NCBI GenBank assembly: GCA_035325645.1
Contig: DAOKZK010000008.1
Location: forward strand, 559-64,558
Length of the DNA stretch: 64,000 nt
Source of the DNA: Candidatus Macondimonas sp.
GTDB lineage: Bacteria > Pseudomonadota > Gammaproteobacteria > UBA5335
Direction of reading: 5' to 3'
In this document: positions 50,952 to 58,874 of the stretch, in pieces
How the letters are laid out: every line of letters starts with the position of its first letter
Numbering within the stretch: the first letter of the stretch is position 1
Notes under the pieces: model-generated
What the model saw: the letters and a program-made list of their open reading frames with translations, nothing else
What the model was told of the DNA's origin: nothing
The model's database searches: none
Position numbers and translations under genes: made by a program

Positions 50952-51395
50952 CTACTCATGCGGGTAAACGATGCAGTAACCGCGCCCGTAGTCCTTGCTT
51001 ACTGGCTTGCCGTCAGAGCGTTTGCATAACGCAACCTGCGGGAACGGCGAACATAGCTTTTTCACTCCCGTGACGGAGTAAATGGTTCTGGCCGTGCCTT
51101 TCTCGACCTCTTGGCGTGCAGCGTCATCGGGTGCGTCGCATAGCAGTTTTTCGAGGAGCTCAGTGTCCTCCTCTACGGGAGGGATGATGACGATGTTTTC
51201 GAGTGTGCCCTCGTAGGTTATCTCGCCTGGTGACTCCCCAACGATGAAGTAAACGACGACGTGCTTGCCAGCGATGTGGGCATCTTCGATGCTTCGCCAA
51301 GAGACGTTCGAGTAGAACGTGACAGCCCCGCCTTTCTTCGATGCTGGATCAAGGTGCGCCGCGTAGTTCCGGGTAAGGACCGCGATCTTCGACAC
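50952..51395 (-). CDS. hypothetical protein (147 aa), lower G+C than its neighbours
   Basis: The ATG has AGGAGA 6-7 nt upstream. Few competing alternate-frame ORFs are present, consistent with lower G+C. I recognise no family with confidence. Confidence 0.55.
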   Translation of the reverse strand: MSKIAVLTRNYAAHLDPASKKGGAVTFYSNVSWRSIEDAHIAGKHVVVYFIVGESPGEITYEGTLENIVIIPPVEEDTELLEKLLCDAPDDAARQEVEKGTARTIYSVTGVKKLCSPFPQVALCKRSDGKPVSKDYGRGYCIVYPHE

Positions 51396-51517
51396 GTCGT
51401 TTCTCCTGCGTCAACGGGAATCAACCCACCCAGACCCTGCTGCATTGATTCGTCCGAATCAGCGACCGTTTCATGAGCAGCATCGGGTCGGTCCGCATTG
51501 CCTCTCCCTTGCCTCTG

Positions 51518-52663
51518 TCAGGAGCCGGGATAGCGATCGAGGAAGGCGCGCACGGCCGGCGCATCCTCATCCTCGAACCGAACCGGGGATCCTGAAAGCA
51601 ACAGGTCATCGGCGATTTGTTCCAGCACATCCCGCAGTTCCAGCGGTGCGAGCCAGCGCTCCGGGATGGCGGACAGGCCCTGTACGGCGCCCAGCAGATG
51701 GCCGGTGAGCAGTCCCGTTGAATCGCTGTCGCCGCTATGGTTGACGGCCAGGACGACGCCTTCTTCGAAGTTCCGCGCGCTGAGCGCGCAATACACGCCG
51801 ATCGCCAGGGCTTCCTCGGCGACCCAGCCGCCGCCGAGCTGCGCGAGGGCATCCGGACTGGCCGGCTCCCGGTCGGCCAAATGCTGCGCCCGGCGCAGCG
51901 CTGCCGAGGTTTCCTCATGGCCCGCGCGGGTTTCGAGCAGGGCGAGCACGGTGTCGATCGCAGCGTCCAGATCCCAGTCCGTCAGCGCGCAGAAAATCAG
52001 CGCCGCGTAGGCGCCCGCGCTGAGCTGGCCGGTCACGTGGCCGTGAGTGAGGCCGGCCGTTTCGCAGCCCATCTCGAAGCAGGTGCGCAGCCGGTCGGAG
52101 CGCGCGGCATCGGCAGAATCGGCTGCCTGGGCGGCGACGAACATGCCGACCGGCGCCACGCGCATGATGCCGCCGCAGCCCTTGCTGTCGTTGCAGGCCG
52201 GCTGGCCGATGTCGCGCATGGCGCGCAGGGCGTTGAGACAGGTATGCCCCGGTGCCCGCCGCGCGTGCAGGTCGATCTGGCGGATCAGCCAGCCGTCGAG
52301 AGCGCCCTGCTGCAGCGGATGGGATTCGCCTTGGGTGTAGAGCCAGCGCAGATAGGCGCGCGCCATAACGCCCGGCGGATGACAGATTCCCTTGGAGTCG
52401 AGCCGCGTCTGAGCGCGCAGCAGCCCTTCGGCGGTGAAGGCCGCCATCTGGGTATCGTCGGTGATGGCACCGATGCGGCCATAGGCCGGTGCCATGTCGC
52501 GGATGCCGCCCGGTCCGTAGGCCCGCAAAATTTCTGCGCGTTTCAGAAACTCGACCGGCGCGCCCAATGCGTCGCCGACGGCGCCGCCGAGCAGACAGCC
52601 GTGGAACCGCGCTCGCCGTGTTTCGGGAAGCAGTGAATTGGTGATGTATGAATCGGCGGTCAT
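51518..52663 (-). CDS. ADP-ribosylglycohydrolase family protein (DraG/ARH-like)
   Basis: The ATG at 52663 forms an ATGA overlap with the upstream stop, inside track ORF 51518..53734. Motifs are GGAVGDALGAPVEF, ITDDTQM and NHSGDSDSTG. Confidence 0.85.
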   Translation of the reverse strand: MTADSYITNSLLPETRRARFHGCLLGGAVGDALGAPVEFLKRAEILRAYGPGGIRDMAPAYGRIGAITDDTQMAAFTAEGLLRAQTRLDSKGICHPPGVMARAYLRWLYTQGESHPLQQGALDGWLIRQIDLHARRAPGHTCLNALRAMRDIGQPACNDSKGCGGIMRVAPVGMFVAAQAADSADAARSDRLRTCFEMGCETAGLTHGHVTGQLSAGAYAALIFCALTDWDLDAAIDTVLALLETRAGHEETSAALRRAQHLADREPASPDALAQLGGGWVAEEALAIGVYCALSARNFEEGVVLAVNHSGDSDSTGLLTGHLLGAVQGLSAIPERWLAPLELRDVLEQIADDLLLSGSPVRFEDEDAPAVRAFLDRYPGS

Positions 52664-53631
52664 GGCTTGCTCGTCACGAAATGATGGGGATTCAGAACCG
52701 ACTCGCCGCTCCAGCGATAGGCCGCCAGGGTGCCGCCTGGCAGGGCCACGCTGTAGTCCACGCAGGCCATCTGAGGCGCCAGGATCGCCGGCGTGCCCCT
52801 CATCCAGTAATGACCGAAGAAGAGCGGCTTGCCTTGCGGCAGGGGAACTTGCGCGTGGTGCGGAATGGCCAGCTCGGGAAGCTGACGGCGTTGTGCGTCG
52901 GCCAGGAGGGCGGTATCGCGGTAGGTGCGCGCGTTTTCGTCCCACCAGCGAACCCGGACGCTGGTACGTTCGATGCCGTCCTTGTCCTGAAAACGGTGCG
53001 AGGGCGGCAGCGGGATCTCGATGCCTTTCAGGAGCGCCTCGACGGCCTTGAAGACACTGGGCGTGGCGCTCGTTTTTTCCGCCCGATCGGCGGGCTCCAG
53101 CGTCGCCGGCGCGAGCAAGTCGTCTGTGAGCTGGTGTTCGGCGGTGAGATGGGGCGCAAGCCAATCCATCAAGCGCTGGTGCCAGCAGGCGTGTACGACG
53201 CGGATGCCGGGCAGATCGAGCCACAGGGGAAGCGTCTTGAACCAGGCGATGATGTCGCTGTGCAATGGAGAGTCCTCCCCCACTTCCGCGAGGAAACGCT
53301 CGTGTTGCCGGAGGTTCTTGTGGCCCCAGTCCGGATCGTGGCGTGAACGGAGGAAGTCGCCGGAGCCATCGGGATGCGGCGTGTGCCAGGCGATGGCATT
53401 GAGTTCGTGATTGCCCATCACGGCCAGCGCAGCGCCCGATTCCACCATGGCGCGCACCAGTTCGACGGTGCGCCGCTGCTGCGGTCCGCGATCGATGAAG
53501 TCGCCGACGAAAACGGCCGTTCGCTCGCTGTGGCGCCAGGCGCCGTTCGAGGGCGCGTAATCCATTTTTCGCAGCAGCGCTTCCAGCGCTTCGGCGTGGC
53601 CGTGGAGATCGCCGATGATGTCGTAGTGCAT
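52660..53631 (-). CDS. calcineurin-like metallophosphoesterase (PrpE/ApaH/Ser-Thr phosphatase-like)
   Basis: 323-aa ORF with motifs IIGDLHGH, VGDFIDRG and GNHE. Confidence 0.85.
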   Translation of the reverse strand: MHYDIIGDLHGHAEALEALLRKMDYAPSNGAWRHSERTAVFVGDFIDRGPQQRRTVELVRAMVESGAALAVMGNHELNAIAWHTPHPDGSGDFLRSRHDPDWGHKNLRQHERFLAEVGEDSPLHSDIIAWFKTLPLWLDLPGIRVVHACWHQRLMDWLAPHLTAEHQLTDDLLAPATLEPADRAEKTSATPSVFKAVEALLKGIEIPLPPSHRFQDKDGIERTSVRVRWWDENARTYRDTALLADAQRRQLPELAIPHHAQVPLPQGKPLFFGHYWMRGTPAILAPQMACVDYSVALPGGTLAAYRWSGESVLNPHHFVTSKP

Positions 53632-53640
53632 GAGCTTGCC

Positions 53641-54579
53641 TCAGTGGACCGTGCGGGGTGATGCCCCGGCGCGCAGTGAGAGACCGTCGAACTGCGCGGC
53701 GAGTGGGTCGTCGAGACCGTCCGCGATCTCGCAAAAGCGCCGCAGCGTGTCGGCAAAGACCTCATCATTCGACGGCAACATGGGGAAAACCGAAATGGCG
53801 GCGATGACGTCGCGCGTGTGGTAGACGTGCATGTGCCCGATGCTGACATTGATGTCGTTCAGATACGCGTACAGTTCGGGCGTCGGTTGTACCCCAATGA
53901 CCAAGGGTGCAAAGAGACGGACCGAAACCGGGTTGTCGAGCAGGCGTATGAACACCGATACGTCGCCGAACCGGATGCCGATGTTGCCGTCGATGTCGTA
54001 GCCCAGATCCCCGATTCCCGTGACGCGCGACACGGTGGCCAATAGCTGGCTGGCGCGTTGTTCCTGTGTCTGGCGATCCGGCGCCGGCGCGTGTTTGATG
54101 CCGAGCGTCGCGAAGACCAGGGCGTTGCCGTCGGTATCGAACGCCATGTATTCGAGAAAGCCGGGGTGCGGCAGGCCAAGCACGTCGATGAGAGTTCGCA
54201 CGACGAGGGCGGCGATCCGCTGCGGCTCGACAGGGCTGGCAAAGTCGATGAAGAAATTGGGCGAGCCGTCGGGATCCCGTTCCGGTGTGGATGTTTTGGC
54301 GGGCCCGGTGGGTGCGCGCCAGCCGTTCTCGAGCAGTTTGCGAATCTGTTCGTCGGTGAGCCGATTTTCAGCCGGGAGGAAGGCGTTGCTGCTCACCTCT
54401 GCGCGCATGCCGAAGGCGCCCTGGCCGGCGAACTGGATGAAGCGCGCGGATTGCTTGACCGCGAGGATGAGAAACTGGTCTTCCCGCAGCGCGGCCAGTA
54501 CGGCCGCCAGCCGGTCTTCGAAAACGGGCCAGTCGCGCGAGATGCGCGGCGCCGGCCCGGGTGGCTCGACGGTGCTCAT
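53641..54579 (-). CDS. YbjN / T3SS-chaperone-like (TY-Chap-type) two-domain protein
   Basis: 312-aa ORF. The C-terminal half (IRFGDVSVFIRLLDNPVSVRLFAPLV...ELYAYLNDIN) resembles YbjN-type chaperone-fold proteins. The N-terminal half (FIQFAGQGAFGMRAEVSSNAFL...DPDGSPNFF) resembles the module fused to them in 'TY-Chap' proteins. The family call is from memory; the ORF itself is solid. Confidence 0.6.
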   Translation of the reverse strand: MSTVEPPGPAPRISRDWPVFEDRLAAVLAALREDQFLILAVKQSARFIQFAGQGAFGMRAEVSSNAFLPAENRLTDEQIRKLLENGWRAPTGPAKTSTPERDPDGSPNFFIDFASPVEPQRIAALVVRTLIDVLGLPHPGFLEYMAFDTDGNALVFATLGIKHAPAPDRQTQEQRASQLLATVSRVTGIGDLGYDIDGNIGIRFGDVSVFIRLLDNPVSVRLFAPLVIGVQPTPELYAYLNDINVSIGHMHVYHTRDVIAAISVFPMLPSNDEVFADTLRRFCEIADGLDDPLAAQFDGLSLRAGASPRTVH

Positions 54580-54750
54580 GCGTTATCGCCTTGTGTGTAT
54601 TGGGCGCCATGCGTGATCAAGCGCGGCTTGTGGCAGCCGGTCGCTCGGCGCGAGTTCGCCTGCCTGCATTTGCTCTGATCATTTCGGCAGAGCGGCTGCC
54701 GACTTGATGTGAGCAGCGCTGCGATGGGGCCGATCGGGTCGGCGGACGGC

Positions 54751-55197
54751 CTAGGGGTGCTCGACCCGCAACCAGAAGGTGACCGGGCCGTCGTTGGTGA
54801 GGCTCACCTGCATGTCGGCGCCGAATACGCCACTTTGCACGCGGGGATGGAGTTGCTCGGCGCGCGCAATCAGTTCGGCATAGAGCAGTTGCGCCTCGTC
54901 GGGCGGCATGGCGGGCGAAAAGCCCGGCCGGTTGCCCTTGCGAGTGTCCGCGGCCAGGGTGAACTGCGGCACCAGCAGCAAGCCCCCTGCGACATCGCGC
55001 AGGCTGAGGTTCATGCGGCGCTCGGAATCCGGAAACATCCGGTAATCCAGCATGCGCTCCAGCAGACGATGGGCGGTCGCAGGGGTGTCGAAGCGCTCGA
55101 TGCCGATCAGTGCGACCATGCCGGTGCCGATGCGAGCGACGGGCGCGCCGTCGACCTCCACCCAGGCGCGTCGCACCCGTTGCAGCAGGCCTATCAT
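54751..55197 (-). CDS. dtd: D-aminoacyl-tRNA deacylase
   Basis: 148-aa ORF starting MIGLLQRV, with SQFTL-like VPQFTLAAD and the C-terminal NDGPVTF. Confidence 0.9.
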   Translation of the reverse strand: MIGLLQRVRRAWVEVDGAPVARIGTGMVALIGIERFDTPATAHRLLERMLDYRMFPDSERRMNLSLRDVAGGLLLVPQFTLAADTRKGNRPGFSPAMPPDEAQLLYAELIARAEQLHPRVQSGVFGADMQVSLTNDGPVTFWLRVEHP

Positions 55198-55245
55198 GAT
55201 TGCTTCCGATGGCTGAACGAGGCCATCAGGTCATCAATACTCGGT

Positions 55246-55263
55246 ATTAAGAAAATGCTTACA
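55246..55263 (+). promoter_or_regulatory. GacA/UvrY-box-like imperfect palindrome ATTAAG-N6-CTTACA
   Basis: It matches TGTAAG-N6-CTTACA at 6/6 positions in the right half and 4/6 in the left. It lies about 40-60 nt upstream of where the GGA-rich block begins. Confidence 0.3.
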
Positions 55264-55295
55264 CCGAATTTTGGCATTGTCTGACTGTTTATGTC

Positions 55296-55628
55296 ACAGA
55301 GGTGGCGGAAGATGGACCCATCCGGAGACGAGTGGTAAGGACGCCACGGGGCCAATGGATCGGCCCGATCAGGGATGAATGGTGGCAGGAAGCCGCCCAT
55401 CATGGAAGAGTCAAGGACGTACACCGGATCGGCAGTCAGGGAGATTGCCGTAGGCCAGGAGGCCGATGCGGATTGGTGGCCCCCTCCGGTCAGGGACGAG
55501 GGGATCGGATGGCAGGATGCCCGGCGGGCGGTCATCGATCGGTTGTTCAGTGCACACGAGAACTTTGCTTTAGCCATGTCTGGCTCACGCAACCCGGGTT
55601 GGTTCACGCCGACCCGGGTTTTTTGTTG
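55296..55628 (+). ncRNA. candidate CsrB/RsmY/Z-type CsrA(RsmA)-sequestering sRNA (5' end not determined)
   Basis: I counted 17 GGA trinucleotides in 55307-55517, several of them in loops of short GC stems. No credible CDS covers the block. A strong + strand intrinsic terminator lies at 55591-55628. Confidence 0.55.
55591..55628 (+). terminator. rho-independent terminator (AACCCGGGT-12 nt loop-ACCCGGGTT + T-run)
   Basis: A 9-bp stem at 55591-55599/55612-55620 is followed by TTTTGTTG. No + strand CDS ends here. Confidence 0.75.
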
Positions 55629-55737
55629 TGGCGAAAAGCGCTGCCGAACCAACTCGGGCGGGCACTCGGCCGCACCGTAAAGGTCCAATTTTTATCCACA
55701 TCATCGTCATTTTCGCCGCTCCGCGCAGGAGGCCGCC

Positions 55738-56379
<642 letters not shown>

Positions 56380-56545
56380 AAGCAAGAAGGGAGCTGAACC
56401 CCGACGGGGTGTCTTGCCAGGCATCGGTGCGCCGGCACCGAACCGGCCGGCTCGGCCCCGCTCGCCGCTTGCGGTATTCTTGCCCACCATCAAGGGCATG
56501 CAGCACACGGCATGCCGGGATCGGGTTCGAATCGCCGAGGCTGGG

Positions 56546-58621
56546 ATGCTGAATTCATTGCGTCTTTCTTCACTGCTCTGGGTTGCCGTCGCCGGGCTCG
56601 GTGCGTTCACGCTGGGCGGTGTTGCGCTCCACCGCGGCGAGTCCATCGATGCGCTGTGGCTGATCGTCGCGGCGGTCTGCGTTTACGCCCTCGCCTATCG
56701 CTTTTACGCCGCCTGGATCGCGGCGCGGGTCTTGGTGCTCGATCCGAACCGCGCCACGCCGGCGGTGCGGCTCGCCAACGGCCGGGACTTCGTGCCGACA
56801 CATCGCTGGGTGGTGTTCGGGCACCATTTCGCGGCCATCGCCGGCCCCGGTCCGCTGGTCGGGCCGACCCTCGCGGCGCAGTTCGGCTATTTGCCCGGCA
56901 CCCTGTGGATTCTGATCGGCGCCGTGCTCGGCGGCTGTGTGCAGGACATGGTGGTCCTGTTCTGCTCGTTGCGGCGCGACGGACGCAGCCTGGGTCAGAT
57001 GGCGCGCGACGAACTGGGACCGATCGCCGGCAGCGCCGCCCTGATCGGCACCTTCATGATCCTCATCGTGCTGATCTCGGCGCTGGGCCTGACCGTGGTC
57101 AACGCCATGAAACACAGCCCCTGGGCGACCGCGACGGTGGCGGCGACCATCCCCATCGCCATGCTGATCGGCCTGTACATGCACCAGCTTCGCCCCGGCC
57201 GGGTGCTGGAAGGCAGCCTGATCGGGCTGGCATTGCTGCTGCTGGCGACGGTCGGCGGCGGTTGGATCGACACCCTGCCCGGCGTGCGGACCTGGTTCGA
57301 CTGGGATGGCGCGTCCCTGGCCTGGATGATCATGGTCTACGGCTTTGCGGCCGCCATCCTGCCGGTTTGGCTGCTGCTCGCGCCGCGCGATTACCTGTCC
57401 ACCTTCCTCAAGCTCGGCACGGTGTTTCTGCTCGCCATTGCGCTGGTCGTGCTCAACCCGCCGCTCAAGATGCCGGCGGTCACGCCCTTCATCGACGGCA
57501 GCGGCCCCATCTTCGCAGGGCCGGTGTTTCCGTTCGTGTTCATCACCATCGCCTGCGGCGCCGTGTCGGGCTTTCACGCGCTGGTCGCCTCCGGCACGAC
57601 CCCCAAGCTGCTCGACAGCGAAGCGCCCGTGCCGCTGGTGGGCTACGGCAGCATGATCCTGGAATCCTTCGTCGCCATCATGGCGCTGGTGGCCGCCACC
57701 ATGCTCGATCCCGGCGTCTATTTCGCGATCAACAGCCCTGCGGGCATCATCGGCACCGATCCGGTCCAGGCCGCCGCCACCATCACCGGCTGGGGCTACC
57801 CGGTAAGCGCCGCACAGATGGCCGAGCTGGCGCGGGAGATGGGCGAAACCTCGCTGTTCTCCCGTACCGGCGGCGCACCCTCGCTTGCCGTCGGCATGGC
57901 CAGCATCTTCAGCAGCGCCTTCGGCGAGGGACTGCTGGCACTGTGGTACCACTTCGCGATCATGTTCGAGGCCGTGTTCATCCTCACGACGCTGGACGCC
58001 GGCACGCGGGTGGGTCGCTTTCTGCTGCAGGACCTGTTGGGCACGCTGTGGGCGCCGCTCGGCCGGACCTCCTGGACGCCGTCGGTGCTGTTCAGCTCGG
58101 CCCTGGTGGTGGCCGCCTGGGGCTATTTCCTGCGCATGGGCGTGCTCGATCCCAATGGCGGAGTGAACATTCTCTGGCCGCTGTTCGGCATCTCCAACCA
58201 GATGCTGGCGGCCATCGCGCTGTCGGTCGCCACCGGCATCCTCGCCAAATCGGGGCGGCTGCGCTACGTGTGGGTGACGGGGCTGCCGCTGGTGTGGCTC
58301 ATCATCGTCACCACCACGGCGGCCTGCTACAAGGTGCTGAGCGCCGATCCGCGTATCGGCTTTTTCGCCGGCGCGCGCGATCTGGCCGAGCGCCTGGCAA
58401 GCGGCACCCTGCCGCCCGAGAAGGCGGCGGTGGCGCCGCAGCTCATCTTCAACCTGCACGTCGACGGCTGGCTGACCGTTCTCTTCGCAACCCTGCTGTG
58501 GATCATCGTGCTCGACATGGCCTACACCGTCTGGCGCGTGGCCACCGGAAGGCCGGTGTTGCCGCTGCGCGAGAGCGCCGCCGCGCCGGCGCTCGATCTG
58601 GCGCAAGGGGAACGGGCGTGA
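56546..58621 (+). CDS. cstA: carbon starvation protein A (pyruvate/peptide transporter family)
   Basis: The ATG at 56546 lies within ORF 56414..58621. About 16-18 TM helices and CstA N-terminal conservation ([26 protein letters not shown]) are present. Confidence 0.9.
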   Translation: MLNSLRLSSLLWVAVAGLGAFTLGGVALHRGESIDALWLIVAAVCVYALAYRFYAAWIAARVLVLDPNRATPAVRLANGRDFVPTHRWVVFGHHFAAIAGPGPLVGPTLAAQFGYLPGTLWILIGAVLGGCVQDMVVLFCSLRRDGRSLGQMARDELGPIAGSAALIGTFMILIVLISALGLTVVNAMKHSPWATATVAATIPIAMLIGLYMHQLRPGRVLEGSLIGLALLLLATVGGGWIDTLPGVRTWFDWDGASLAWMIMVYGFAAAILPVWLLLAPRDYLSTFLKLGTVFLLAIALVVLNPPLKMPAVTPFIDGSGPIFAGPVFPFVFITIACGAVSGFHALVASGTTPKLLDSEAPVPLVGYGSMILESFVAIMALVAATMLDPGVYFAINSPAGIIGTDPVQAAATITGWGYPVSAAQMAELAREMGETSLFSRTGGAPSLAVGMASIFSSAFGEGLLALWYHFAIMFEAVFILTTLDAGTRVGRFLLQDLLGTLWAPLGRTSWTPSVLFSSALVVAAWGYFLRMGVLDPNGGVNILWPLFGISNQMLAAIALSVATGILAKSGRLRYVWVTGLPLVWLIIVTTTAACYKVLSADPRIGFFAGARDLAERLASGTLPPEKAAVAPQLIFNLHVDGWLTVLFATLLWIIVLDMAYTVWRVATGRPVLPLRESAAAPALDLAQGERA

Positions 58622-58821
58622 CAGTCGGGATCAAACCCGGTCTCGACCGGCTGCGACAGGCATGGGCGCTGTTCCGCCAGTGGAGCGGGGACGACGCCTA
58701 TGAGCGCTATCTCGCCCACCACCACGCCGCCCATCCCGGGCAAGCGCCGCTGTCCCGGCGCGCCTTCATCCGCCGGCATCACCACGAGCGCTTCTCCAGC
58801 GGCGTCAACCGCTGCTGCTGA
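58618..58821 (+). CDS. ybdD: YbdD/YjiX-family small protein (CstA-associated)
   Basis: A GTG at 58618 overlaps the cstA stop (GTGA). This 67-aa product is the tail of track ORF 56512..58821. It carries the family-like YERYLAHH...RCC C-terminus. Confidence 0.75.
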   Translation: MTVGIKPGLDRLRQAWALFRQWSGDDAYERYLAHHHAAHPGQAPLSRRAFIRRHHHERFSSGVNRCC

Positions 58822-58874
58822 AACCCCACGTCCGGCCGCACCACACGGCCGCCGACTTGGCGTGATGGGCGTGG

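Noticed and set aside
51518-53734. A 738-aa fused ORF suggesting a very long ADP-ribosylglycohydrolase.
   Set aside because: The N-terminal 357 codons are an out-of-frame read across the phosphoesterase gene. The ARH domain begins at the ATG at 52663, which forms an ATGA junction with the phosphoesterase stop.
56521-56535. The sequence GGGTTCGAATCG resembles a tRNA T-loop.
   Set aside because: The flanking bases do not form a T-stem, and no acceptor, D or anticodon arm can be drawn. It lies in the cstA leader just before the start codon.
56512-58821. A 769-aa plus-strand ORF and a 678-aa minus-strand ORF (56570..58606) over cstA.
   Set aside because: They are alternate-frame and antisense artefacts. 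Only the final 67 codons of the plus-strand ORF, from GTG 58618, are retained, as the YbdD-family gene.
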